A stretch of 64,000 bases of DNA from Felis catus (Eukaryota): the NCBI RefSeq assembly GCF_018350175.1, contig NC_058368.1, positions 6,758,001 through 6,822,000 of the forward strand, written 5' to 3'. A model generated the notes under the pieces. It ran no database searches. It worked only from the letters and a program-made list of their open reading frames with translations, and was not told where the DNA came from. A program made the position numbers and the translations under genes. This document shows positions 1 to 12,365 of this stretch, piece by piece (positions within the stretch are counted from its first letter, which is position 1; every line of letters begins with the position of its first letter).

Positions 1-114
1 CCGCACGAGCCAAAGAGTCACAAACCTCAGTCGGTAGATCCCAATGAGGTCGCAGCAACTATCTTAAGTGTTCAGATGTGAGAAAAATAACACCCAGCTA
101 AAAGTGACTCGAGC

Positions 115-262
115 CAGGGTTTTTCAGACTGCAGTATGCATGCAAATCACCAGGGATCTCGTGAAAATGAAGATACTGATAAAAAAATAAAACATACAAA
201 AAATGTTTTTTTTCAAAAAATGAAGACACTGCTTGAGAAGATCTGGGGTGGAGGCTAGTTCA
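115..262. mobile_element. MER5-like hAT fragment
   Basis: cagggtttttcagactgcagtatgcatgcaaatcaccagggatctcgtgaaaatgaagat...tctggggtggaggc. Confidence 0.55.
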
Positions 263-279
263 TTAGAAATGCAGAATAT

Positions 280-477
280 GGGGTGTCCGGGTGGCTCAGT
301 CGGTTAAGCGTCCGACTTCGGCTCAGGTCATGATCTCACGGTTTGTGAGTTCGAGCCCCACATCGGGCTCTGTGCTGACAGCTCAGAGCCTGGAGCCTAT
401 TTCGGATTCTGTGTCTCCCTCTCTCTCTGCCCCTATCCCGCTCATGCTCTGTCTTTCCCTGTTTCTCAAAACTAAAT
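280..477 (+). mobile_element. Can-SINE (SINEC_Fc type)
   Basis: tRNA-like head ggtggctcagtcggttaagcgtccgacttcggctcagg, (CT)n, A-rich tail. Confidence 0.93.
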
Positions 478-481
478 GAAA

Positions 482-554
<73 letters not shown>

Positions 555-615
555 AAAGGAGGAAGAAGGAAAGAGAGAAAGAAAGAGAGGAAGGAAGGAA
601 GGAAGAAAGAGAGGA

Positions 616-655
<40 letters not shown>

Positions 656-760
656 GAGGGAGGAAGAAAGGAAGGAAGGAAGGAAGGAAGGAAGAAAGAA
701 AAGGAGGAAGAAGGAAAGAGAGGAAGAAAGAGAGGAAGGAAGGAAGGAAGAAAGAGAGGA

Positions 761-836
<76 letters not shown>

Positions 837-838
837 AA
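478..838 (+). repeat. (GAAA)n/(GGAA)n compound microsatellite expanded from the SINE tail
   Basis: Direct reading: ~360 bp of pure purine. Confidence 0.97.
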
Positions 839-956
839 TGCCTGAGTGGCTTAGTCAGTTGAGTATCTGACTCTTGATTTCAGTTCGGGTGGTGATCTCA
901 GGGTCGTGGAATCAAGCCCATCGTCAGGCTCCCCCTGAGTGCAGAGCCTGCTTGAG

Positions 957-992
<36 letters not shown>

Positions 993-1050
993 TGTCCCTC
1001 TCCCCCACCCACACTCTCTCTTTCTCTCTCTCAAATCAAAAAAAGAAAAA
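839..1050 (+). mobile_element. Older Can-SINE
   Basis: gtggcttagtcagttgagtatctgactcttgatttcag...gagcctgcttgagattctctctc. Confidence 0.85.
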
Positions 1051-1119
1051 AGAAATGCAGAATGTAATTGATAATATAATCAATATGAGCTGTGGGCCAC
1101 ACTTTAGGTAGCAAGAATT

Positions 1120-2225
1120 ACTACCTAGGGGAAATCTCATCACGCAGAGCAAGGTATCTGGACCGGGTGGTTCTGTGCTGGGTGTGGTGGCTCAACGAGG
1201 TCACCAAGGGCTCAGACTTTTCTGTCTTTCTTTCATGCTGTCCTCATCTTACATTCTGACGATCAAAAGTTGGCTGTTACAGCTCCAGACATTCATCTTC
1301 CCATAACAGACTCAAAGACGCAACAAAGGGTGTCTCTCCTCACGGGGCTTTCTTTCCACCAGGGGGAGAAAAATCTCTCCCAGAATATTAATCACATCAT
1401 ATTAATTATATTCTATTAAGTATAGAATATTTATTCTATTTATTTATTATATTACATTTTTCTCCCAGAATATGTATATATTATATGTACATAAAGAGAG
1501 AGAGAGATTCCCCAATCTACCTATCTAGCAAGAGAGACAGATTGAGAGAGAGAGAGATTATAAGGAATTGGCTCAGACAATCACAGAACCTTCCCAGTGC
1601 CAACGTCTGCAGAAGCTGGAAACTCAAGAGAGCCAATGGTGTCGTTCCAGCTCAAGTCCAAAGTCCTGAGAACCAAGGAAGTCAATGGTGCAAGTTTTGG
1701 TTCGAAGGCCAGCCGGGCTCTTAAACCCAAGAAGAGCCAATGTTGCGGTTCAAGTCAGAAAGCAGGAAAAAGCCAACGTTCAAGTTCAAGTCAGCCCTTG
1801 GTTTCCATCTGGCCTCCAGTTGATGGAATGAGGTTCGCCCGCATTAGGGAGAGCCGTCTCTTTTCCTTAGTCTATGGATTTAAATGTTTATCTCTTTCAA
1901 AAACACCATTATAGAGTAACGTTTGGCCAAATACCTGGGGGCCCCATGGCCCAGGCAAGTTGACACATAAAATTAACCATCCCACCCCCCGGCAGTCCCT
2001 CTCTTCGGTTCATCGTCCAGAATGGGGTCGTGTGCCCACTCGTGAACTAGTCATGGCCAAGGGAAAATGGGGTACCATGATGTCTCAAACGAGCATGACT
2101 AATCCCCAAGGGGTTGAACTTCCGTGGGTATACTACCCCCAGCGTTGGACTGAACAAAACCAGGGTTCTTTAGCACAAAAGAAGAGAACGAGTGGCTTCA
2201 GGTAGGCAAGCAACAGCATCACAGA
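1120..2225 (-). mobile_element. Old MLT1 (J/K/L-like) LTR, split by the MLT2
   Basis: ggctcaacgaggtcaccaagggctcagac...ggctgttacagctccagacat on the left and aaaaccagggttct...ggtaggcaagcaacagcatc on the right. Confidence 0.5.
1375..1984 (-). mobile_element. MLT2 (ERVL) LTR nested in an older MLT1 LTR
   Basis: aaggaattggctca..., ending ggcccaggcaagttgacacataaaattaaccatccca, the characteristic MLT2 terminus. Confidence 0.8.
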
Positions 2226-3017
2226 ACTAAGATGCAAGCAGGCATGGCTCTCAGCTCCCACCTCCACCACTAGGCCCCTTCCGTGTTCCCATTCATTTCT
2301 GGCAGTCCCAGAGGGGTGTCTTTTGTTTCCTCATATGCGGTCCAGAGTGCCGCTCACTACCCGTACCCTGGAGCCCCTGCCCTGCCGTGTAGCCTCCACT
2401 GCTCCATGCCGTAGATCTCTGGTGATGGACCCCAGACTTCATGGGACCCCAGCGTCTTGGCAGATGCTGAGAAGCGAGAATGAGAATGGCCCCCATCAGG
2501 TTTGCTTGGCCGGGAAGTGTTGAGACCCAGAGGGTTGTTCCACAGGTCAGCACTCATGGTCTTTTCCTCCGCACCAGGGCCGGGTCCAGGTGCCAGCCTC
2601 AGGCTCTTCCTAAAGACATTACCCCCCCCCCCCATTTGTCTTGTACAGATCCCCTGGTGAATTTTCTCAAATGCCTCACAGCCCTTCCTCACATTGTGAC
2701 TCCCTTCCGCCAGCACAGGCTCCGCGCCCGGGTCTCAGCCTCATGACTGAACGCTCCCGAATTGTGTGGAGCCCAGTTTCAGATGTATTTTGAGCATTTT
2801 CCACAAGGAGCTTCTCTGCCTTCATTTCCATCAGCAGCCATAGATAGTTGGGGTGGGGGGGTGGGGAGAGAGATCACTTGTTCTGTGTGCCACACCTACC
2901 TCATCTCAGCTGTCTCAAGATGAGATGTGACTCTGTAGTAATTTTTAGCGTAGTTAAAAGTGGAGTGGGGGCTATGTTACGAAATGAATTTGGAGTGCTA
3001 TGCAGGGGCTAGAATAT

Positions 3018-3140
3018 CCATTCACTCGATAATTCACCAAATACTTATTGAGCACCAGCTATGTGCCTGGTGCTTTCCTGGACACTGTGAATACAATGAG
3101 ATAGCCATGCTCCCTCCCCTCATGCAGTTGACAATATGGA
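3018..3140 (-). mobile_element. L2 3' end fragment
   Basis: cattcactcgataattcaccaaatacttattgagcaccagctatgtgcctgg. Confidence 0.65.
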
Positions 3141-3148
3141 TCATAGAG

Positions 3149-3372
3149 GGGGTGTCTGGGTGGCTCAGTCAGTTAAGCGTCCCACTGCAGCTCAGGTCAC
3201 AGTCTCGCTGTCCGTGAGTTCAAGCCCCGCGTCGGGCTCTGTGCTGACAGCTCGGAGCCTGGAGCCTGCTTCGGATTCTGTGTCTCCCTTTCTCTATGTC
3301 TGCCCCTCCCTTGCTCACGCTCTGTCTCTCTCTCTCTCAAGAATAAATAAACATTAAAAAAATTTTTAAAAA
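3149..3372 (+). mobile_element. Can-SINE (SINEC_Fc)
   Basis: Full head, CT tract and tail. Confidence 0.92.
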
Positions 3373-4957
3373 CACACAATGTAGACTATAGAGGTCCCCG
3401 AGATACCTACTGAAGAATTCAAAGTTATCTAAAAGGTCACGGGGAGCCAAGTGATACAGGATTTCATAACATAATGGTATAATTAATTAATGGCATAATA
3501 TGCCTTGCATCTGTAACAGTTCCCTCTGGGACCCACATGGAGGGGATAGACGAGAGGCAGCTATAACTAAAGGCAAGATGACCATTGTCCGTGCAGTAAT
3601 TTAGGTGAAAAGTGATCGAGGCGTGAGCCAAAGCAATGGTCATGGGGTTGGGGAGCAGGAGATAAGTATAAAACACATAAGGGAGACTGAGTCCATAGGG
3701 TTTTATGAGCCCACGAATGACATGACATGGACGTAGTGACAGAGGGGGAAGGGTCCATGGAGTCCCCTCCGGATAGGAACGTCAGGATGGACGCCAGGTT
3801 CAGGGAAATAGCCGTCGTTCTGATGTGGATCACACTGAATTTGGATCATCAGGGGGACATGTAGCCAGGCCCATCATTGTTAGACTACAGTTTTAGATCA
3901 CGAAAGAAATTTAGGCTGCCCAAATTCCAGAATCAAGAGTCGTCACTGTGTAGTTTATTTATACGGATGAGATTCCTAGGGAAAGAGTAACAATGTAGTT
4001 TGAGGACAGAGACCTAGATAAAATATTTCAGGCCACTTAGAGAGGAATGTGTCTGGGAAGGACCCTGAGAAGGAGTACAAAAATCAGTAAACAACAGAGA
4101 CTTTCAAGAAGGAAGTAGGCAATTCATTCGGGACATTTTTGTTGAGTATCTACGACATAACACGCACCGGTCTAGGCCCCGACAGTGAGGGACAAGGCGA
4201 ACCTTCATGAAGCCAGCAGTCCACCAGAGAGATGGGCATACACCAAGAGGTAGGGGTCTTGACAAGACGGTCAACCAGTGCAGGCTGCTAGCGCCTTCGC
4301 CATGCGTAACCTGGCAAGGTCAAAGACCTACAAGGAAAATGTGTAAATTTCAAGAACTAAAGACAGTGACAAGCTCTGAGGGAAGAGAGAGGGGTGCTCA
4401 TCTAGTAGGGAGTGGCCTGGGGAGAGGCAGGCATGGTGCCTCTACTGGTGAAGAAGCTACTTTGTGCTCCTTTCTCCTCCATAGGACCCGGGACCCAGGT
4501 GCTTCCTGCCTGCCGTACAGCCCCTGTGATGAGGAAATACCGTAGTAAACGTGTAGCAATAGTCGCAGCCAGTGGGTTGAGTGGTGAGCAGATGACAACC
4601 AAGGAAAGCTGATTTGCCCCTGAACTTTCCCTCTCCCTCTGCCCCCAAACACCCACACTTCAAATACTGGGTAACTATAACAAGGAAGGTAGTTGTTAGA
4701 AGGCCAGGGGAGGGAGACTACAGTAAAGATCTCTCTGACACAAGAGCACTAAATGGGTGTTCTCAAGAACCGAACATGGTACCATGAGGTCTCTGTTCTG
4801 AGGCACACATCGCCACCATAAGCTAAGAGGTTTATCCCCAGAAGCACACGAACAGGGAGCAGTTACTAAACAACACCAACAGTCCTTATATTATCTTTAA
4901 AAAAATTGGCTTTCAATAAAAAAAAAAAATTACATGCAAAAAAACAACAACAACAGG

Positions 4958-5185
4958 GGGGCGCCTGGGTGGCGTAGTCGGTTAAGCGTCCGACTTCAAC
5001 CAGGTCACGATCTCGCGGTCCGGGAGTTCGAGCCCCGCGTCAGGCTCTGGGCTGATGGCTCAGAGCCTGGAGCCTGTTTCCGATTCTGTGTCTCCCTCTC
5101 TCTCTGCCCCTCCCCCGTTCATGCTGTGTTTCTCTCTGTCTCAAAAATAAATAAACGTTAAAACAACAACAACAACAACAACAAC
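4958..5185 (+). mobile_element. Can-SINE (young feline subtype)
   Basis: TSD aaaacaacaacaacagg; (CAA)n tail. Confidence 0.93.
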
Positions 5186-5358
5186 AGGAAATTATGGCCT
5201 GTACTCAAGGGAAAAAATACGGTCAATGGAAACTGACTCTGAGTGGAATCGGATGTTGAATTGAGTAAACAAAAATTTCAAAATGGCTAGTAAGAACAAG
5301 GTCAAAGACGTAAAGGAAACCGTGTCAAATAATTAACAGAAAATATTCTGTCAATGAC

Positions 5359-5715
5359 TGTTATGGACTGAATGTTTGTGTCCCCCCAAAATTCATATAT
5401 TGAAGTCCTAAGCCCCAACATGGCTGTATTTAGAGACAGTGATGGCGAGGAGGTGATAAAGGTTAAATGAGATCATAGGGGCGGCCTTGAACCCTTAAAA
5501 GAAGAGAAAGAGATATTCGCTCTTTCTCTCCACCAGTGTGAGGACACAGCAAGAAAGCAGCTGTTTGGAAGCCACGAAGAGAGTCCTCACCAGAAACCAA
5601 TCTTGCAGGACCTCGATCTGGAACATCTAGACTTCAAACTGAGGAAATAAATTTCCATTGTTCAAACCACTTAGTCTATGGTATTGTGTTATGGTAGCCC
5701 GAACAGACTAATACA
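5359..5715 (+). mobile_element. MaLR solo LTR (MLT1A-like)
   Basis: TGTTATGGACTGAATGTTTGTGTCCCCCCAAAATTCATAT...AGACTAATACA with TG..CA ends and 5-bp TSD atgac/acgac. Confidence 0.88.
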
Positions 5716-6317
5716 ACGACTTCACAAAATCTCAGTAGAGAAGTAGAAACTATTAAAAAGATTCAAATGGAAATTTTACAGTTAAAAAACATAACTGAAA
5801 TTTAATAGTCACTAGATAGGCTCACGGAAGATTAGAGATGGCAGAAGAATCGGTGACACTGAAGATAGATCAATTGAAATGATCCAACCCGAAAAAAAAA
5901 AAAAAACTTACCCGATCTGAAGAACAGGAAGAAACAAAGGACTCAAGAAAAAAGAACAGAGGACAGAGACAGTGACACAAGTATGCCAACATACCAGCCG
6001 TGGGAGTCTACGAAAAACAGGAGAGGAAGAGAAAGAACAGAGAAAATGTTTGAAACAGCGATGGCCAACATTTTTTGCAAATATGATGAAAAATCCATCA
6101 GGGAGATACGATAGTGAAATGGCACCTGATAACAGAGCCCCAAAACACATAAAGTAAAAACTGACAGGACTGAAAGGAAATATAGACAATGCGACAATTA
6201 GACCCAGAGACATTACTCCTTTCTCAGAAATTGATAGAACTTGACAGAAACCAAGGGATATAAAGGGATATAAAGACTTGAACAACATTCCTCCCCAAAA
6301 CATCAAGGTTACATATT

Positions 6318-6535
6318 AAATTTTTTTTCAACGTTTTTTTATTTATTCTTGGGACAGAGAGACACAGAGCATGAACTGGGGAGGGGCAGAGAGAGAGGGA
6401 GACACAGAATCGGAAACAGGCTCCAGGCTCCGAGCCATCAGCCCAGAGCCTGACGCGGGGCTCGAACTCACGGACCGCGAGATTGTGACCTGGCTGAAGT
6501 CGGACGCTTAACCGACTGCGCCACCCAGGCGCCCC
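6318..6535 (-). mobile_element. Can-SINE (young feline subtype)
   Basis: Perfect TSD aaggttacatatt (6305-6317 / 6536-6548). Confidence 0.94.
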
Positions 6536-7072
6536 AAGGTTACATATTCAAATACACATTAGATTCTCCAGAATAGACCATATGCTAGACACTTAAACAA
6601 GTCTCAATAAATAGAAAAAGAATTAAATAATAGTATATATGTTTTCTAGCCACCACAGAATTAATCAGATGTCAGAAACAGAAAGAAAATTGGGAAATGG
6701 CCAACAATTTGGAAATTAAACAATACACTTCTAAGTTATCCCTGGGTCAAAGCAGAAATCACAAGAGAAATTTAAAAATATCTTGACCTGGATGGAAGTG
6801 AAAACACAAAAAAAGTTGATGAAATGCAGAAAAAGCCATACTTAGAGAAAAAAATTATAGCTTTAAATACATAACATTAGAAAAATTATATATCAAAAAC
6901 CAACAATCTAAGTTTCTGCCTAAAGAAACTCGGAAAACAAATCATGCCCAAAGTAATTAGAAAGAATAAATATCAGAGACCAATTCAATGAAATTAAAAA
7001 CAGAAACACAATCGAGAAAATCAAGCAACCAAAGCTGGTTCTTTGAAAATGTCAACAAGATTGACAGACTTT

Positions 7073-7240
7073 GGGGGCGCCTGGGTGGCTCAGTCAGTTA
7101 AGCGTCTGACATCGGCTCAGGTCATGAGCTCGTGGTTTGTGAGTTCAAGCCCCGCATCAGGCTCTGTGCTGACAGCTCGGAGCCTGGAGCCTGCTTCTGA
7201 TTCTGTGTCTCCCCCTCTCTCTGCCCCTCCCCAGTTCATG

Positions 7241-7271
<31 letters not shown>

Positions 7272-7295
7272 CCAAAAATAAACATAAAAAATTTT
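7073..7295 (+). mobile_element. Can-SINE
   Basis: TSD ttgacagacttt. Confidence 0.93.
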
Positions 7296-7396
7296 TTGAC
7301 AGACTTTTGTCAGACTAACCAAGGAAAAGAACAGAGTCTACAGAAACTAAAAGATGATAAGGGAAAATTATGAATAACTTTATGTCGAGTCTAGCG

Positions 7397-8415
7397 TGTG
7401 GTTTTTCTCCCCCATGCCACCAAGTAATTCTGTATCACCAGCTGAGTATCCCACAAATTCATCTCCATTCTGACATTATCTACCTGGAGATAGCATCGGG
7501 TCCCACAGGTTAAGGATTCAGTCCTTCCAGACTGCTTAGCCCCCCAACTTCAGGCACCAACCACAAATGCAGGTTGCCACCTGTGCTTCAGAATGACATT
7601 ATAGTTTGGGTTTCTTTCTTTCTTTCTTTCTTCCTTTCTTCCTTTCTTCCTTTCTTTCTTTTTTGAGAGAGAGAGAGAGAGAGCACGAGCAGGGCAGGGT
7701 CAGAGAGAGGGAGAGAGAGAATCCCAATTAGGCTCTGCGTTGCCAGTCCAGAACCCAACACTGAACTTGATCCCACAAACCTTGAAATGGTGACCTGAGC
7801 CGAAATCAAGAGTAGGACGCTTAACCAACTAGCCACCCAGGTGCCCCTAGAATGTCTGACTATAAATCAGAGCTTCCCAGATCCCTCCTCGGGTTTGACT
7901 AAATTGCTAGAGTGGCTCACAGAACTCAGAGAAACATGCTACTTCCTAGATGACTTACTATGAAATGATATAACGCAGGAACAGGAACAGGAACAGGAAG
8001 AGATCCACAGGGGAAAGGGTGGGGCAAGGGGCGGGGTTTCCATGCTCCCTCCGAGCTCTACTCTCCCAGGCCACTCTCCATATGTTCATCCTTTTAGGTT
8101 TTATGGAGGCCTTTCGGACAGAAGCATGATTGATTAAGTCATTGGCCATTGGTCGAACTGGGTCTCCGGTCCTTTTCCCCCTTGCCTGAGGTGGTGGTGG
8201 GGGACAGAAATTTCCAATCCTTGAATAACAGGTTGGTTCCCTGGCAACCAGTCCCCAACTTTGGGTTCTCTAGGGGCTTTCCACAGGTCGCCTTATTAAC
8301 ATAACAAAAGACACCTTTCTCACTCTTCTCGCTTAGAAAATCTCCAGGGTTTTAAGAGTTCTGTGCCAGGAATAAGACCAAATATAGCTCTCTTATTATA
8401 AACCAAAATATGACA
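7397..8415 (-). mobile_element. MER21-like LTR (contains a SINE at 7610-7847)
   Basis: Motifs tcccacaggttaaggattcagtc, ttgctagagtggctcacagaactcag and ttggttccctggcaaccagtcccc; clearly homologous to 22500-23355. Confidence 0.75.
7610..7847 (-). mobile_element. Can-SINE
   Basis: Ends gccacccaggtgcccc; (TTTC)n tail. Confidence 0.88.
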
Positions 8416-9467
8416 CCAACACATGATACACTGGAAGAATTCCCAGGGAGACACAGATTACCAAGACTGACTCAAGAACAAATAGAAAATCTGAAAAGAC
8501 CTGTTCAGAAGTGAAGAAATTGAATTGTTAACTTAAAAATATTCCCGCAAGGAAAACGACAAGCCCAGAGGTGGGCAATTCTGGTGGTAAATTTGGTGAT
8601 TTCTATCAAATATTTAAGGAAAAAGTAACATACATTTATATAAACTCGCCCAGAAAATTGAAGAAGAGAGAACGTTTCCTATCTCATTCTAGGAGTTCAG
8701 CATTATCTGATACTAAAACCAGACAAATTATAAGAAAATAAAGCTGCAAACCAGTATACAGAATTTTACACAAAGTACGAACACACAGAATCCAACAATA
8801 TACCAAATGCATGAGGCATCATGGCCTAGTGAGATGTGTCCCAGGAATGCAAAGTTGGTTTAACATGAGAAAATCAATCAGTGTAGTTCACCATATTAGT
8901 AGAATAAAGGACAAAAACCACATGATCATCCCAATTTGCAAAATTTTTTTTACCAAACCCAACATCCATTTCTCATTAAAAAAAAAAAAAGAAAAAGAAA
9001 AGAAAAAAAGAAAAAAAAAAAAAACAACCAGGAACAGAAGAGAATTTCCTCAATCTGCTAATAGGCACCTACAAAAATCCCTAAACTACTACCATAATTA
9101 AGAGTGAAAAGCTGGATGCTTTCCCTAAGATCAGGAACAAGGCAAAGACATTCCCCCTTACCACTTCCATTCAACATGGAACTGAAGGGTCTGGCCAGAG
9201 CAATAAGGCAAGAGAAATAAATGAAAGGCATGCTGATTAAAGACAAGAAAACATTTTTATTTTTCACATTATTCTATATGTGGATCCTATATAGGACCAT
9301 TTTTTTCTATTATTTTGTATATAAGAAACCTAAGAAATCTATGAAAAACTATCAGGATGAATAAATTTAGCAGGGCTGCAGAATCCACGATCAATATGCA
9401 AAAATCCACCGTGTTTCCATATTTTAGCTAAGAACAACCTGAAAATGAAATTAAGAAAAAAAGTTCA

Positions 9468-9728
9468 GGGGCACCCGGGTGGCTCAGTCAGTTGAGCGTC
9501 AGACTCTTGATATCGGCTCAGGTCATGATCTCAGGGTTGTAAGATCAAGCCCAGAGCTGGGCTCCTCAGTGAGCGTGAGCCTGCTTGGGATTTTCTCTCT
9601 CTCTCCCTCTCTCTCTGCACCACCCCTCTACTCGCACTCCCTCTCTCTTTCTCTCTCAAAATAAGTAAATAAACATTTGTGAAAAGAAGAAGAGAAGAGA
9701 AAGAAGAGAGGAGAGGAGAGGAGAGGAG
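9468..9728 (+). mobile_element. Older Can-SINE
   Basis: TSD aaaagttca; (GAGAG)n tail. Confidence 0.88.
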
Positions 9729-10000
9729 AAAAGTTCATTGACATTTTAATTGTTAGAAAAATATGAAATAGAGATAAACCTGACAAAAGATGTTCAAGGC
9801 CTGTGTATATTTTGCTAGTGCTATAGCTGCAAACTATCAGAACCTTAGCAGCCTAGAAATACACTCACAGTTTTTGTGAGTCAGGAGTCTGGGCACAGCT
9901 TATCTGAAACCTCTGCTTGGGTCACCCAGGCTGCAAGCAAGATGTCACCTGGAGCTGTGATCTCATCCGATACTTGGGGACCTCTTAAAAACTCAAAACA

Positions 10001-10216
10001 GGGGAGCCTGGGTGGCTCAGTCGGTTGAGCGTCCGACTTTGGCTCAGGTCACGATCTCGCGGTCCGTGAGTTCAAGCCCTGCGTCAGGCTCTGGGCTGAT
10101 GGCTCAGAGCCTGGAGCCTGCTTCCGATTCTGTGTCTCCCTCTCTCTCTGCCCCTCCCCCGTTCATGCTCTGCCTCTCTCTGTCTCAAAAATAAATAAAT
10201 GTTAAAAAAAAATTTA
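10001..10216 (+). mobile_element. Can-SINE
   Basis: TSD aaaaactcaaaaca. Confidence 0.93.
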
Positions 10217-10374
10217 AAAAAACTCAAAACATCTTGCAAGCAGAATTCAGTTCACTGCACCTGCAGAACTCATGGGAGCTTTTGTTCTTGAGGCCAGCAG
10301 GAGGGTCTCACCAGTGTTTCATCCTCTTTCAAGAACTTCCCTAATAAAGTCAGGCCCACGTAAGATGATATCCT

Positions 10375-10594
10375 TTTTTATTTGTTTTAATTTTTTTTTT
10401 TACATTTATTATTTTTCAGAGAGAGAGCACTAGTCAGGGAGATATATAGAGAGAGGGAGACACAGAATCCGAAGCAGGCTCCAGGCTCCGAGCCATCAGC
10501 ACAGAGCCCGACGCAGGGCTCGAGCTCACAAACCATGAGATCATGGCCTGAGCCAAAGTCAGACGCCCCACCGACTGAGCCACCCAGGCGCCCC
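10375..10594 (-). mobile_element. Can-SINE
   Basis: Consensus match; TSD-like tatc.ttttt. Confidence 0.92.
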
Positions 10595-11034
10595 TATATC
10601 TTTTTTGATTAACTCAAAATCAACGGGCTGATTGGTAACCTCATTACAGGCATGAAATCCCACGATATACTATACTCCTGGGTCCCACCCACACGCAAGG
10701 GGAGTAGATGACACAGGGCACACATCCCAGGAGGAAGGAATCTTGGGGACTATCTTTGAACTCCACCAACCACAGCGTGCACACTGAAGGCTACAAAACA
10801 TGGCCAGGAGGAATTAAAGAAGACCTAAGTAAATGGAGAGATACACCATGTTCATGAGTTGGAAGACTCAATATTCGTGAGATATGAATTCTTTCCAAAC
10901 TGACTGATAGATTCAGTGCAATCAAAATTAAAATCCCAATAGGCTTTTTTGGTAGACAATGACAAGTTGATTCTAAAATTTTTAAGGACATGTAAAGAAT
11001 AATAGCCAAAGAAAGCAGATAAGCCAAAATGACA

Positions 11035-11059
11035 TTTTTTTCAACGCTTATTTTTTTTT

Positions 11060-11101
<42 letters not shown>

Positions 11102-11256
11102 GGAAAGGGCAGCGAGAGAGGGAGACAGAACTCGAAGCAGGCTCCAGGCTCTGAGCTGTCAGCACAGAGCCGGACGCGGGGCTAGAACTCATGAACTGTG
11201 AGATCATGACCTGAGCCAATGTTGACCCCTTAACTGACTGAGCCACCCAGGGATCC
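11035..11256 (-). mobile_element. Can-SINE
   Basis: Consensus match; caaaatgac on both flanks. Confidence 0.9.
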
Positions 11257-11266
11257 ACAAAATGAC

Positions 11267-11490
11267 TTAAAAAAAAAAACTTTTTTTTTTACATTTATTT
11301 ATTTTTGATAGAGAGAGACAGAGCACAAGTAGGGGAGGGGTAGAGAGAGAGGGAGACACAGACCCCGAAGCAGGCTCCAGGCTCCGAGCTGTCAGCACAG
11401 AGCCTGACGCGGGGCTCGAACTCACAAACCGCGAGATCATGACCTGAGCCGAAGTCGGACGCTTAGTCGACTGAGCCACCCAGGCGCCCC
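11267..11490 (-). mobile_element. Can-SINE
   Basis: Consensus match. Confidence 0.92.
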
Positions 11491-11515
11491 CAACATGACT
11501 TTTAAAAGGATGACT

Positions 11516-11710
11516 GGGGTGCCTGGGTGGCCCGTTTGGTTAAGTGTCGGACTCTTGACTTCGGCTCAGATCATGATCTCACGGTTCATGAGATCAAGCA
11601 CAGTGCAGAGCCTGCCTGGGATTCTCTCTTTGCTCTCTCTCTACACCCCCCACCCCCATTCACGTAATCTCTCTCAAAATAAATACATACACTTAAAAGA
11701 AAAAACAAAA
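11516..11710 (+). mobile_element. Can-SINE with internal deletion
   Basis: Head ggggtgcctgggtggc; cttttaaaa..gatga on both flanks. Confidence 0.85.
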
Positions 11711-12159
11711 CTTTTAAAAAAGATGATCAAAGTTGAAGAATTAACACTACTCCATTTCAAGACTGAGCATAAGGCTATACAAGTGAACGCAACCCACAAA
11801 CAGATCAATGAACGGAATAGTCAAGAAACAGACTCACACACACACATATATATGGACAACTGATTTTTAACCAAGATGCAGAGGCAACACTGGAGAAATG
11901 ATCCGTAAAAGAAAAAGGAATGTTAGATTTTGTCAAAACTGAAACCTCTGCTTTTTGAAAAACATTACTAAGAGAACAAAAAAAAAAAAACAAGGCACAG
12001 ATTGGGAGAGAATATTTGAAACTCATATATCTGATAAGGAACTTGTATCTGGAATACATAATACCACATGGCGATATAGTCATCATATTGTACCTTACGC
12101 CCCTAGTGTTTATTTATCTTATAACTGGGATTTGGACCTTGTTTTTAACTTAAATAAAT

Positions 12160-12365
12160 TTTTTTTAATGTTTATTTATTTTTGAAAGAGAGAGAGAGTG
12201 AGGGGTGGGGAGAGGCAGAGAGAGAGGGAGACACAGAATCCGAAGCGGGCTCCAGGCTCTGAGCTGTTGGCACAAAGCCCGACAAGGGGCTTGAACTCAC
12301 AGACCGTGAGATCATGGCCGGAGCCAAAGTCGGACACTCAACTGACAGAGCCACCCGGGCGCCCC
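12160..12365 (-). mobile_element. Can-SINE
   Basis: Consensus match. Confidence 0.9.

Larger units (their letters stand above)
9804..10774 (-). mobile_element. MaLR LTR (MLT1E-like) containing two SINEs
   Basis: TG...CA ends, TSD gcctg/gcgtg, motifs cacagtttttgtgagtcaggagtctgggcacagctt and ttgattaactcaaaatcaac. Confidence 0.75.

Noticed and set aside
291..479. Recurrent ORFs of the type MAQSVKRPTSAQVMISR...SLSQK (also at 10012, 11267, 36632, 48578 and others)
   Set aside because: They are translations of Can-SINE copies, not a gene family or repeat-encoded system.
476..862. 128-aa K/E/R-rich ORF
   Set aside because: Translation of the (GAAA)n microsatellite.
1356..1369. CTCF-like motif CCACCAGGGGGAGA
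   Set aside because: Single imperfect match inside an old LTR; not supportable without ChIP data.
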